Notes: generated from the sequence alone by a model not told the origin. A stretch of DNA of 64,000 bases from Octopus sinensis (GCF_006345805.1 NC_043000.1:90892001-90956000); one strand, 5' to 3'; counted from the first letter of the stretch, positions 24,271-36,915 are shown. Numbers and translations: made by a program.

Positions 24271-26617
24271 CACATATATATATATATAATATATATATAT
24301 ATAGATATATAATATATATATACTATATATATTCATACATATTACATACATATATATATAGATAGATATAGATATATGATATATATATAATATGCATATA
24401 CGTGCATGTATGCGTGTAGTTATGTGTGTATGTATGTATGTGTATATATATATATATATATATAGAAATATACATGCAAGGAGAGGGGGAAAGGGATGGA
24501 GAAAGAAAGAGAGAGAGAGAGGGTGTTTAAAACAACTAACTTATAATGTAGTACTTTCCTCCTGGTCGAAAAATTGACAGCTTTAATCAATTAATGACAG
24601 ATGATAAATAAGTTAAGCAGGCAGATTTTATTTTCTTGTTGCTTAAGTATGTACTTCGTGAAAGAAAATTAGAATATTGAAACCATATCCGGGGATTGAA
24701 AGAACTAACTGGAAAAATCGTTTTATGTGAAACACTTTGGTTTTGTTCTAAGGAAGATAACCGTAAAGTGATGAAATGAAGAATTGTCATTTTGCTTTAA
24801 GGTGAGAGAGTATAATGTGTGGACGAAGTTGCAATACAGTATTTTTGGTCAAAATAATAACCTGTCTGAAACTAATGATCAGAACCAGCGGAATGTCACA
24901 TTTTTAAATGTTCTTATATTAATTTTAATGCACATTATATTCTTCATTTCGTTCGCAACCTAAGGTGATTTAAAACCAAACATACGAATTATTTATATTG
25001 CTTTAATGATGTTTATGTTTTCGCTTTCTTTCCATAGTATATTTTGTTGAAAGCGTAACTCTCAAAAGTTATGTCTATGATTTTGGCTCATATTTAAGTT
25101 TATTTAAAGAATGAGGTTTCATTGTTATCGATTTCATTCCAACGTCGAACCCTTTAATAGAGTAACATTCGAACGCATGTCATGATAAGCGGGAATATTA
25201 TAGATTCTTCCAAAATTATTTCATGGATTTCTGTAGAAAAGGAAATCGACTCTAGTATATTATTGTTCTTTCCTTCGACAGCTAGTAAAAGATGAAAGTC
25301 AAAATTATAAGAAACTAAACCACGTGTTCTCTTTGGTTTGACAGTGCACCGTCTCATTCACCTCAACTGTCGTATTTTGATGTATGCATCGGTTTCTTTG
25401 TAACTAAGTAAACACGTTGAATTTTACAGGAGAAAGAAAGGAATAGGAAGATACGATATTCATGCTGTTCCATCAGATATTATGGTTGGGTAAATGAGGC
25501 GATGACTGAAAATGCGACAGCCTCGACACGCCCCTTTAATATACAATCTCGCCGGCTGATTTAAGAGACGTATTTAGATGAATATATTGTGAAAGGAAGG
25601 TCTTAGAGGGGTTAAATCGTACTGTGTATGAGCAGTGTTGGCGAAAGAATCTTCATAAAATGCAAAGAAATGTTTCCAATTAGCAGCGGAAGAATATTTT
25701 CGCTGTCTGTCTGACTAAAATGACCTATAATTTGGTACAAATCTCCTACTAGCATTGGTCGATATGTGCCGACTCTATAAGAACGTGTATTAGTGTGAGT
25801 GTGTGTGTGTATGTGTGTATGTGTGGGTGGGTGCGTGTGTTTATGTATGGTCTGCATAGGAATGTGTGTATGTTTGGGTTGTGTAGATGTATGTGTATAT
25901 GTTTGGGTTTGTGTAGATGTAGGTGTGCACATGTGTGGATGGACAGACGGTACAACAAATGTCTGGCTGTAGTAAATCCAAAATCTCTCAGTCATTTGTT
26001 ATGTTTGCTATCAGAAAGATAACGGAAGAAACATGAAGTTTAATCAAACGGAAACATCTTTGATAAAGACAATCGACCAAGTGATATCCATCCATAACAG
26101 GCAGTCGAGCCATAAATGAGAATGGACAAGATGGAGTCGAACTTTTGTTTCCCCTTTTCGCCTAATAAAGTCGACATTAAGAAGCAGATTGTGAACTCTC
26201 AATGTATACGGCCTCATTTCCCAGTCATAATATACCTGTCAATGAATGGGTCAGATTTGCAAATGACTCTTACACTGTATTTGCTTTCGCTTTATAATTG
26301 ACTTGTCTACAGTTCTGTCTCCACCGTTATTGACAGTAAAGTTAATGCAATAATGTTTGCGTGACGTGTCCAATAGAAAGCCATATCAGCTATTGTTAAA
26401 CTTCAAAAGAGACATAATGGGGTGTGGCAAAACATTTTCTTGAGCAAGTCGTTTCATTACCCCCTTTAGGTTTTATAATATTTTATTTTATACCAAATGC
26501 GATAATGAGTTTTGTAGAGGAGGTAGGCAAACACTACACTCAACATTTTATGTTGTGAGTTCAAATACCACTGCAGAAGTTTGAACTGAATTTTATTTCT
26601 TTAAATACGATAAATTG

Positions 26618-26829
26618 CTTTCAAATTTCGGCACAAGGCCAGCAAGTTTGGAGGAGGAGTAAGTCGATTACATCGATCTCCGGGGCTCAACTGGTACATA
26701 TTTTATCAACCTCGGGAAGATGAAAGGCAAAGTCGACCTCGGGGGAATTTGAACACAGAACATCAAGACGGACGAAATGCCGCTATGCATTTTTCCCGGT
26801 ATGGTAACGATTCTTTCACCTTGCCGACT
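26618..26829 (-). mobile_element. SINE S1, full length
   Basis: TTTCAAATTTCGGCACAAGGCCAG...ATGAAAGGCAAAGTCGACCTCGG...GAATTTGAAC. Confidence 0.85.
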
Positions 26830-26874
26830 TTTCAAATACAATAAATTAAAAGCTTTTCTTCACAATCGATAGAG

Positions 26875-27015
26875 CGGCAGTAGTTATGTTCTGAGTTCAA
26901 ATCTCAGTATCAAATTTGTATTCATTATTTCGGTATCTATACAATAATGTATCACTCAAGACTTGGAATCGATCTATATTCTTTACCCAGAATATGTGAT
27001 CATGTACCAGTGTTT
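26875..27015 (+). mobile_element. SINE S1 (degenerate)
   Basis: TATGTTCTGAGTTCAAATCTC... then degenerate core. Confidence 0.5.
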
Positions 27016-27226
27016 AGAATCCTATATTGGGATTTATTTAGTTGCAAAGAACTAATTTGTAGTGAAAACTGATGTGCTGATCACATTAGTGTAAATCAAT
27101 AATTTAGAAGAAATGGTATTAATATAAACTATTAACCAGCGGTTAAATGAGTTTAGTGTCGCACCACACGTTGAATTGAAATATCGGAAATACTTGCCTT
27201 GATCCACACATTAATTGTTAATATAT

Positions 27227-27272
<46 letters not shown>

Positions 27273-27280
<8 letters not shown>

Positions 27281-27643
27281 AAATCCGTTCTGTCTGTGTG
27301 TGTGTCTTCTAGGATCGCGGGCATCCTCCATCCGATTGCGCTTAAATTTGATATGTAGATACCGACGGTATCAGGGCATGTATAAGGTTTGAAAAAATTA
27401 CAAAAATCGATTCCAGGTGAGAATGCGATCGATAAAGCCGTGGGAACGTGCATTTGTAAAATCGTTTTTCTTGGAATAGAAAAAAGCCTATCTTTATTTC
27501 TTCTTTTGCTCGTGTCTCAAATTTAGGTTAAATCAGTGTTTCTCAAAGGGGAGGCCTATGGGACCGTCGGACAAGTTGTTTTGAGAAAGTTTGGTTTAAA
27601 TGTTTGACAGCTCAGCACCGACCATTGGACGGTGGGCGTTTTG

Positions 27644-27648
<5 letters not shown>
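27273..27648 (+). mobile_element. Helitron-like non-autonomous element H1 (copy 2), flanked by (TA)n
   Basis: 5' TATTATATAAAATCCGTTCTGTCTGTGTG; 3' hairpin CACCGACC-ATT-GGACGGTG then GGCGTTTTGCTCAT; no TIR or TSD. Confidence 0.65.
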
Positions 27649-27693
<45 letters not shown>

Positions 27694-27919
27694 AAAGATA
27701 GCTCAGAACTACACTGTGGTTGATCTATTCGACTATTATACATCTTTTAAGAATTGATCCTAGCACCTATATCAGATAATGATATTTTTTAAACAATGCT
27801 GATTTTGTTTTCCGCTCTTTTTCCCTTTCTTCATTGCACTCTCACTAAATGTAGAGGGTGACACACCCACTGACTCTATTTCACTATTATTAGTTAACTA
27901 AATGTGGCTGGATGGAGGA

Positions 27920-28120
27920 AGCATTACTGCGTCACGCAAAATTCTTAGCGGTATTTCTTCCCAACTATTTACGGCCTGAGTTCATCTACTGCTTAACTCA
28001 ACTTTGCCTTTCATTCCATAGGGATGAACAAAATAAAGTGCTACTCGAGTGCAGGGTTCGATGTAATCAATTGCTTGTTCCTCGCAAATTTGCTGGACTT
28101 GTACCGAAATTAGAAAGGAA
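27920..28120 (+). mobile_element. SINE S1 (degenerate)
   Basis: CTTAGCGGTATTTC...GAGTTCA...ACTTTGCCTTTCATTCC...GGGTTCGATGTAATC. Confidence 0.7.
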
Positions 28121-28336
28121 TAATTATTAGTCACTAGTTAAACCAATTAACCAATTACTTGTTTGAATAATCGTTCGGTAAGACAATCAATCATCGAAAT
28201 CCGTCAGAGTTCTTTCGATTTGAATTAAAGAGAGAGCATATTGTAGATGAGTTTGCATATAGCGACTAAAAGACTCTCGCCATTATTTATTCGCCGAAAG
28301 ATCAGTTAAACAGTCAAGTAGTTAATCGACAAAATG

Positions 28337-28628
28337 TAGCCGTGGCTATGTTGTAAGAAGTTTGCTTCCCTACCACAAGGTTTCGGGTTCGTTCTCACTG
28401 CGTGACGTCTTGAGCAAGTGTCTTGTGCTTTAGCTTCAGGCCGACCAAAACCCTTGAGAGTGGTATTGATAGATGGAAGCTGAAAGAAGCCCATCGTATA
28501 TATATATATATATATATACATATAAAAGTAAATAAATGGTACAACGAGGCACCGATATTTACATACATACATACACACACACACACACATATATATATAT
28601 ATGTATATATATATGTGTATGTATGTAA

Positions 28629-28661
<33 letters not shown>

Positions 28662-28880
28662 GTATGTATGCATGTATGTAGTATGTATGTATGTATGTAT
28701 GCATTTATGCGCGCGTGTCTGTTTGTCCCCCTGCCATCACTTGACAACCGACGCTGGTGTATTTATGCCCCCATAACTTAGCTGTTCGCCAAAAAATCTA
28801 GAATAAGTACGAGGTTTACAAAGAAATTAGTCCTGGGGCTGATTTCTTCGACTGAAACCCTTTAATGACTGGAACAATTT
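28337..28880 (+). mobile_element. SINE S2, full length, with internal (TA)n/(CA)n microsatellite
   Basis: tRNA-like head, AAGAAGCCCATCG-[microsatellite 28498-28715]-TGTTTGTCCCCC...CTTGACAACCGACGCTGGTG... Confidence 0.85.
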
Positions 28881-29411
28881 AAAGGCCAAGAGAATAAAAG
28901 AATAATTGATTAATAATAGAGGGAATTAGAAATAATGACATTTCTATGATTAATAATAATAATGGAAGAAGTGAAACAGAATCACTGCATGTGTTTCTTA
29001 TTCGCGTAATGACCCTCTCATGTTACAACAAAATCTGTTTGAACACGATTTCACATCAAGAATTTTAGAAACAAGTATACAAAACGGTTGAATTTATTTA
29101 TTATTTCCACTGGGGTGAGAATAAAAACGAGTAATAATGGGGGTTTTAGCGGCAGCAAGTGGTGGCCTGTCTTGGAGAGATCGTGTTGATTGCTGTGGAT
29201 ATTATAATTATAATAATTAACGTAATACTATTAGCTGAAGTTCTTTTACGTATAATGATGGAGACAAATGAGTTGGAAACGATGGCTGCAGTAAGAATTA
29301 CTACTATCATAGTGATGGTACCAATCACCGTGGCAACTGCAGAAGAAATTTGCATAGAAAAAATAGTTTCGGTTGTCTTGACCTTAGTGTATATAATTTA
29401 TTGTCTCTCAT

Positions 29412-29810
29412 GGCGGCAAGCTGGCAGAAACGTTAGCACGCCGGGCGTAATGCGTAGCAGTATTTCGTCTGCTGTTACGTTCTGAGTTCAAATTCCGCCG
29501 AGGTCGACTTCGGGATCGATTAAATAAGTACCAGTTACGCACTGGGGTCGATGTAATCGACTTAATCCGTTTGTCTGTCCTTGTTTGCCCCCTCTGTGTT
29601 TAGCCCCTTGTGGGTAGTAAAGAAATAAGTATTTCGTTTGCCGTTACGTTCTGAGTTCAAATTCCGCCAAAGTCGACTTTACCTTTCATCCTTTCGGGGT
29701 CGATAAATTAATACCAGTTACGCACTGGGGTCGATATAATCGACTTAATCCGTTTATCTGTCCTTGTTTGTCCCCTCTGTGTTTAGCCCCTTGTGGGTAG
29801 TAAAGAAATA
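29412..29810 (+). mobile_element. SINE S1 dimer (29412-29627 plus 5'-truncated 29628-29810)
   Basis: Both units end GTGGGTAGTAAAGAAATA; very well preserved. Confidence 0.9.
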
Positions 29811-29879
29811 TATAATTTATTGTTCCTGAACAGATAAATTACAAAGATAACCTTATAGCATTCATAATTAGAACATACA

Positions 29880-30015
29880 CATCGAATTCCACCGAGTTCT
29901 ATTTTGCCTTTCATCATTTCAGGGTCGATAAAATGAATACCACTTTGAGCAGTGAAGTCGAAATAACTGACATGCCCATCCCGTCATCTTAGCTGGCTTT
30001 GTGTCTATTGTAGAA
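29880..30015 (+). mobile_element. SINE S1 (degenerate, 5'-truncated)
   Basis: GAATTCCACCGAG...TTTGCCTTTCATCATTTCAGGGTCGATAAAATGAATACC. Confidence 0.65.
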
Positions 30016-30349
30016 AGTATAATTAGATCTTACATGTATCTAAGTACTGTACGTGCAGATATACTGATTGTGAAGTTTCTATGATGAATTTAAGTCAACG
30101 AAAGACTAACCTATCTTTAGATAGGATTCCCTGAAGTACCATATTCGGCAACGGTTTTGCTCAGAGTACCCTGTTCATCAATAGTACATCTTACAGTTCC
30201 ATACCTAGAAAGTTAACTATCTAATCCCCTGAAATAGTTGAATTGAATTGAAGCTTTTGGTGTTAGTTCTCTATTCATAGAGATACGATATTAGGGTTTC
30301 TGATTTATACACAATACCTGAGAATCTGTGGGTAGGAGAGGGGCTAGTT

Positions 30350-30455
30350 GCTTAGTCAATATCAGCGTTCCTAGTACTTGACTGATACATTATTTTATCG
30401 ACCTTCTAAGAATTAAACGCAAAACAGCTCGTGATGGAATTTGAAATCAGAATGT
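30350..30455 (-). mobile_element. SINE S1 fragment
   Basis: ATTTTATCGACC...GGAATTTGAAATCAGAATG. Confidence 0.5.
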
Positions 30456-30580
30456 GGAATGTTTGAAGAATGGATATAATATAATGTGTATAGCAGGTCT
30501 GAAATATTAACATGAAGAGTTGGGAAACTGATATCTTGTACGTTTGATATTTTGCTTCCTCTGTATTTATCTGTGTATAC

Positions 30581-30813
30581 TCTTTACTCTTTTACTTGTT
30601 TCATTCATGTGACTGTGACCATGCTGGAGCACCGTCTTTAGTCGAGCAAATAGACCCCAGGACTTATACTTTGTAAGCCTAGTACTTATTCTATCGGTCT
30701 CTTTTGCCGAACCGCTAAGTTACGAGGACGTAAACACACCAGCATCGGTTGTCAAGCGATGCTAGGGGACAAACAGACACACAAACATATACACAGACAT
30801 ACATATATATCTG

Positions 30814-30849
<36 letters not shown>

Positions 30850-31030
30850 AATATATATATATATAGATATATATATATAGATATATATATATATATACAT
30901 ATATACGACGGGCTTCTTTCAGTTTCCATCTACCAAAGCCACTCACAAGGCTTTGGTCGGCCCGAGGCTATAGTAGAAGACACTTGCCCAAGTTGCCATG
31001 CAGTGGGACTGAACCCGGAACCATGTAGTT
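30581..31030 (-). mobile_element. SINE S2, nearly full length, with internal (TATC)n/(TA)n
   Basis: Tail TCTTTACTCTTTTACTTGTTTC...CCATGCTGGAGCACCG; head GTGGGACTGAACCCGGAACCATGT. Confidence 0.9.
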
Positions 31031-31084
31031 CAAACTTTACGTTAGTATTGTGTTTTATTGTAACTGTGTTACATTAAATTTTCG

Positions 31085-31230
31085 CTTCAAATTTCGGCAC
31101 AACGCCAGCAATTTCCGGTGAGTGGGTAAGTCGATTACATCGACTTCAGTGACCAACTTATAATTATTTTATCGCTCCCGTAAGAGTTAAGGGAAAGTTC
31201 ATGTCAGTGTGATTTGAAATCAGAATGTAA
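31085..31230 (-). mobile_element. SINE S1 fragment
   Basis: TTCAAATTTCGGCACAACGCCAG...GTCGATTACATCGAC...GATTTGAAATCAGAATG. Confidence 0.65.
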
Positions 31231-31964
31231 AGAGCCCGAATAAGGATACAATATATCTACTGCTGATCTGAAATATCAACAAGGAAAGCTGGGAAACCGT
31301 TATCGTGTATATCTGACATTTGGCTTCCTCTGTATGTATCTGTATGTCTGAAATATTATATTAGTATTGTATTTTATTCTAACTGTGTTATATTAAATAT
31401 AACAATGTTATTATCAAATGTAATCTTATTTTCAACGAAAATTCCTCCACTTCCCCATTGATTATCTGAATTCTGAAGTCTGCACCTGCAATATTATATT
31501 TCATATATTCTCAAACTTTAAGCAGACAAATATATAACTTTCCTTTCCATTCCGTAGAGCATAAAACTACTGCAGTCATTTCACAGCAATCAATTAATTC
31601 ATAGAGTAATTATTCTAAATGAATACGAACATGAAACTCTTCAATATGACAGAAGAGATAATGATTGGAACTTTAAAACAAAACAAAAACGAAACAAACA
31701 AAAATAGTAAATATGAAAAACAAACAAGCAAAAATACAAAAAAAAACAAGCATGTCACAAAATGAAATAAGAAAAAAACATAAAGAAGCATTAACACAAA
31801 CTAAAACAAAATTAAAGAAATATATATATAGATAGATAACAAACATACAAACAAAAGTCGATATTTAAATAATTATTAATTTATATGTCGTCAACTTTCT
31901 GTTTAACTTTCGTTATTTAACCATTATACATACATTTCTACATACATATATTCAAACACTGACA

Positions 31965-32013
<49 letters not shown>

Positions 32014-32684
32014 CTCTGTCTCTCTCTGTCTCTCTCTCTCTATATATATATATAAATATATATTATATTCTGTTATGTATATATATATGACTGAATGTAT
32101 GCATATATGTATCGATGTATGTATGCATATAAATTATTTTTTTTATTTGTTATCTGAATATTATTGATTGTGGTTATGGTTGTTTATAAACGTTTATCTA
32201 TAAAATTTTGCGAAGCTAGAAATTAAAATATAAATAATGAAAATATAATTCTACAGTCAATAATTTTGATTAAATCCAATGGGATAGTCTACAATCATAT
32301 CAGTATTTTATAATTTCATTCTAAGTATTATAGCAACATTTTATTATTTCAGCACAATTTATAGATAAAAACAAAATAGAACGAATCAAAATTCAAAATA
32401 TAAAGATTGTTTAAAAGATTGACCAAATTCACAGCATCATTTGCTAAGAGGTTACCTCATCTTATTATGCCAGCTTAAACATTCAACACGTAATTTCTAC
32501 ATATTTTTTGTACAGCTTTAGTAATGGGAATTTTAAGTTCGACTCATTGCTATGGACTATTGTATTTGCTTAACTCTTGGTCATTTCTAATAGAACAGAT
32601 TTATGATGGTCTTAAATTTTGGTGCAAATCTAGCAATTTTAGGAGGAGTGGATAGTCGAATTCACTCATCCTAGTGTTCAACTC

Positions 32685-32905
32685 TTCTACTCTTTTACTT
32701 GTTTCAGTCATTTGACTGTGGCCATCCTGAAGCACTACCTTTAGTCGAGAAAATCGACCCCAGGGCTTATTCTTTGTAAGCCTAGTACTTATTCTATCGG
32801 TTTCTTTTGCTGAACCGCTAAGTTACGGGGATGTAAACACACCAGCATCGGTTGTCAAGTGATGCTGGAGGGACAAACACAGACACACAAACATATATAT
32901 GCATA

Positions 32906-32951
<46 letters not shown>

Positions 32952-33100
32952 CATATATACAACGGGCTTCTTTCAGTTTCCGTCAATCAAATCCACTCAC
33001 GAGGCTATAGCAGAAACACTTTCCCAAGGTTCCACGCAGTGGAACTGAACCCGGAACCATATGGTTCGTAAGCAAGCTACTTACCACACAGCCACTCCTA
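32685..33100 (-). mobile_element. SINE S2, full length
   Basis: Reverse complement begins AGGAGTGGCTGTGTGGTAAGTAGCTTGCTTACGAACCATATGGTTCCGGGTTCAGTTCC; internal (TA)n; standard tail. Confidence 0.9.
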
Positions 33101-33690
33101 CACCTGGTAATTATTTTCTCAAATTCGAAGAATGACAAGCAAAGTCGACCTCGGCTGAACTTTATATCGGAAGAAATGCCTCTAAGCGTTTTTGTTTGCT
33201 AGCTTACTATTCCGCTAGCTCGCTGCCCTGAACATGTTTATAATGGTTTCAAACATTGGGACAATACCAAAAGTTTTTGCGGGAGTGGTTAAGTCGATTA
33301 CGTCGACTACATCGACCCCGGTTGAACACAGCTGCTACTTATTTTAACGAGCCAGAATAAAATGAAAGGTAAAGTCGACCCCCACGGCATTTGAACTCGA
33401 ACGTAAAGTCGGAAGAAATGCTGCTAAGCATTTTGTTCGGCGCGGTATCGATTGTACCAGCTCGCCTCCTAATTGGATAATAACATGGGTTTAAATTTTG
33501 GCACAAAGCCAGTAATTTCCGAGGAGGAGGTAAGTAGATTACATCGACCCCATTGCTCAACTAGTACTTATTTTATCAACCCCGTAAGGATGAAAGACAA
33601 AGTTGACCTCGGCGGAATTTGAACCCCAAACTTCAAGACGGACGAAATGCTGTTATGCATTTCGCCGGTCGTGCTAACCATTCTGCAGAG
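33100..33690 (-). mobile_element. Three tandem SINE S1 copies (about 33100-33230, 33245-33470, 33490-33690)
   Basis: AAAGTCGACC(TCGG/CCCA)...GAA(C/T)T..GCTAAGCATTT occurs three times. Confidence 0.85.
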
Positions 33691-33849
33691 ATTATATTAA
33701 AACACATTAAAACATGATAATTCTCTTTCTTGTCCCCGCACTTGTACGCTCATAATTATATAATCGAATGGGACTTATCTAAAACAATAGCTTGAGCGAC
33801 AATTACCTGCTATTTCTAGAAAATTGAGTGAGAACGCAGAGGCACGTGC

Positions 33850-34045
33850 TTTCATATTTTACTTGTTTCAGTCATTGGACTGTAGCTATATCTGGCCAAA
33901 GCCTCCAAAGGTTTAGTCGTACTAACCAACTCACTACCTATATTTTGGGAAAGTCTGGTATTTATTCTATCGGTTTCGGTTGCCGAACTGCTACGTTACA
34001 GGAACGTGAAAAAACCAACAATTGTCTAGTGGTCGATGGGAGACA
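33850..34045 (-). mobile_element. SINE S2, 3' half
   Basis: TTTTACTTGTTTCAGTCATTGGACTGT...TATTCTATCGGTTTC...GCCGAACTGCTACGTTAC. Confidence 0.75.
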
Positions 34046-34301
34046 AACACAATCACAAACATAGTTACACAAATATTTACACATACACACTCACACATAG
34101 ACAAATACACCCACACTCATATACAAATTCACATACACACACACACACACACACACATATATATTATAAGAAACAAGTTTAAAATAATGCTCATTACATA
34201 TTTTTCTTTTAATGGAGCAAATTTGGCTTACAGCTGTTTCCAGAAGTCATCGTAGGTACATTACAGACAGGTTTACTCAATTATTCTATTGATAAATTAT
34301 A

Positions 34302-34790
34302 CAGGGTGCGTAAGGTATTTGAGGACATTCCTTCTTTGAAGCCTTTATAAACATTTTTGAGATCATTGCTGCATTTTTTGCTAACTCCGTATAATCTTTG
34401 TTTCAGAAAATAATAATGGCAGACCCTCAGCTTACTCAAGAAATGAAGATGTAACGCTCATGGTGTTATTGTGGTTATAAAGGCTGAGCATAGCGATTTA
34501 GAAATATTCTGATTTTTACAAAGTTTGAAAGGAGCTAGAGACTGAAAATGGAAACGTATCACCAGTATCAAAACATAAAAAAAAGCATTCTAAACCCTCT
34601 GAAATCCTCAGAACACCTGAATTTATCCAGCAAGTTTAAAAAACCATTGATTACAATCCCAAAAAGTCCATGAGGTCAATTGCAAAAGATCTCCATGTGC
34701 AAAGTGGAAGAGTCGGAAATGTGGTCCACGAAGACATCAGATATTCTTATATGATGAGCGACAGTCAATTTATCAGATTAAGCAAAAGAA
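34302..34790 (+). mobile_element. 5' fragment of a Tc1/mariner-superfamily (maT/DD37D-like) transposon
   Basis: TA|CAGGGTGC terminus; ATG at 34416; decayed MADPQLTQEMK..KKHSKPSEILRTPEFIQQV*KTIDYNPKKSMRSIAKDLHV..VVHEDIRY (HTH region). Confidence 0.65.
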
Positions 34791-34974
34791 AATCCCCACA
34801 TCAGATCTAAAACTGAAAAATTCAGCAGAAGATTTGATTTGGCATTAAAAACTAAATTAATTATCAAATACATATGTTCAATTGGCAAAATATGACCATC
34901 CCAAGTACAACAATACACACACATTTACTTATATATGTGCGTGTGTACGTGTGTATACGTATGTGTGTGCATAT

Positions 34975-35165
34975 TTTTCTTTTTGTATTCCCATCGCTTG
35001 ACAACCGGTGCTGGTTTGCTTTTGGCCTTGTTACAGGTTTGGCAAAAGAGAGTCATAGAATAAGTACAAGACTTCTAAAAACTATGCGTACAGCAATTGA
35101 TTTGTATGGTGCCTCAGCCTCGTTGCCGCCAAAGAGCGACACACTTCAAGAATAAAAGAAAGAAG
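34975..35165 (+). mobile_element. SINE S2, 3' half (degenerate)
   Basis: CATCGCTTGACAACCGGTGCTGGT...GGCAAAAGAGAGTCATAGAATAAGTAC. Confidence 0.65.
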
Positions 35166-35791
35166 GAATATATGCTCGCACGCGTGTATATATATGTGTG
35201 TACGTGCGAGTGTGAATAAAATGAAGCTACACGTATCCTTAATGGGTTCTTTTCAATTTGTAACGTATTGTATTTGCAGCAGCTTGTCTCCAACACAGTA
35301 ATTTTATTTTTTCATTGCCAGCAAGATTTATAGTCGGTTCAACTTGATAATCCGCAATGCTATACAAAGCATTTATCTCTCTGTTTCTTTCACTTTCCCT
35401 CAGACCATTTCACACTGTTTCTTCGTCTGTCCCGGCGCTCTTTATTTCCTAATGTACGTACATAGATACACACGTATATTATATGAATATGTATAAAGGG
35501 AAATATTGAAGGAAAAAGATGCATGCAGTATTTGAGAACACGGCTGAATGTTTAACTAATACGTCTGATGTTTGACAATTCCAATGCATACATATATTTC
35601 GTTATTGAAGTATCATATTTGATCTGCTTCGAACATCATACGGACATAGACATATATTTTGAGGCTAAATGAGAATCTTATTAGCCTCACAACATACTAT
35701 TGCATTAATTATATATATGTAAATATGTAAGTAAATCTCCCCCTCTCCCTCTTTCTCACTCTCTACTCTCTCTCTCTCTCATATATATATA

Positions 35792-36160
35792 TTCTTTTAC
35801 TCTTGTTTCAGTCATTTGACTGCGGCCATGCTGGAGCACTGTCTTTAGTCAAACAAATCGACCTCGGGACTTATTCTTTGTAAGCCTAGCACTTATTCTA
35901 TTGGTCTCTTTTGCTAAGTTACGGGGAGGTAAACACACCAACATCAGTTGTCAAGTGATGGTGGGGGGGATAAGCACAGACGCACAAATACACATACACA
36001 CATAGACACACATACATACGACGGGATTCTTTCAGTTTCCACTCACAAGACTTTGGTCGGCCCGGTGCTATAGTAGGAGACACTTGCCCAAGGTGCCACG
36101 CAGTGGGACTGAACCTAGAGCCGTGTGGTTGGGAAGCCAGCTTCCTATTACACAGCCTCC
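35792..36160 (-). mobile_element. SINE S2, full length with internal deletions
   Basis: TTGTTTCAGTCATTTGACTGCGGCCATGCTGGAGCAC tail; GACACTTGCCCAAGGTGCCACGCAGTGGGACTGAACC head. Confidence 0.9.
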
Positions 36161-36574
36161 CCTGTGCTTATACACACACACACACACACATACATATATA
36201 TGTGTGTGTGTGCGTATGTATGTACATATATATATGTGTGTGTGTGCGTATGTATATATATATATATATATATGTATGTATATGTGTGTGTACACATATC
36301 CACACAAATACACATATATACACTAATAAACACACTTACCCAGGACACACAGTCACACACACACACATATGTATTCAAAAACAGTTTGACACTGCTGCAT
36401 ATTACTTGAAGTTTTACGATCATGGCCCACGCTTACATTGTTAGGTGGTTGAAGTTCTACAAATTATATTTGTGTGTATTATTCAAATGTCTTCACTTTG
36501 GCGCTGTGAGGACGGAAATAACTCTGCAGTTAATAAATCTCAGCAGCTCATTTACCGGTTAGAGAACATTTTTA

Positions 36575-36915
36575 TTTAAAATTAAATAATGAGGGTAGAA
36601 ATTGATATTAATCAATTAAAACCAGTAACCGTTTTTTATTTCGTATATTTTGATTAGTCTCGTGTATTTTTACATTTTGGCGTTTTACTGAAATTGTTTT
36701 TGAGAACACAATCTTCGTGGTAATGGCTATTTGACGTCTACATTTAGCATATTAGATTTGACGTCTATATTTAGTATATTAGGAGCCCACTATAGTGGTC
36801 ATTCTTCTTAATTTTCTATGTAATATAATTTTTAATCTTCGTATTTTTAAAATATGCTAAGCCACTGGCTTTAATTGATTAATATCAATTTCTACCCTCA
36901 GTATTTAATTTTAAA
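36575..36915. mobile_element. MITE-like element with 52-bp TIRs, TA-flanked
   Basis: 36575-36626 vs 36864-36915 inverted with 2 mismatches; TA on both outer sides; internal 27-bp tandem duplication. Confidence 0.8.

Noticed and set aside
25431-25490. 60-nt candidate exon (RKKGIGRYDIHAVPSDIMV or EKERNRKIRYSCCSIRYYGW)
   Set aside because: Plausible splice sites but no recognisable homology and no compatible neighbouring exon
30135-30205. Minus-strand frame YGTVRCTIDEQGTLSKTVAEYG after TTTCTAG
   Set aside because: Short, no recognisable domain, weak donor
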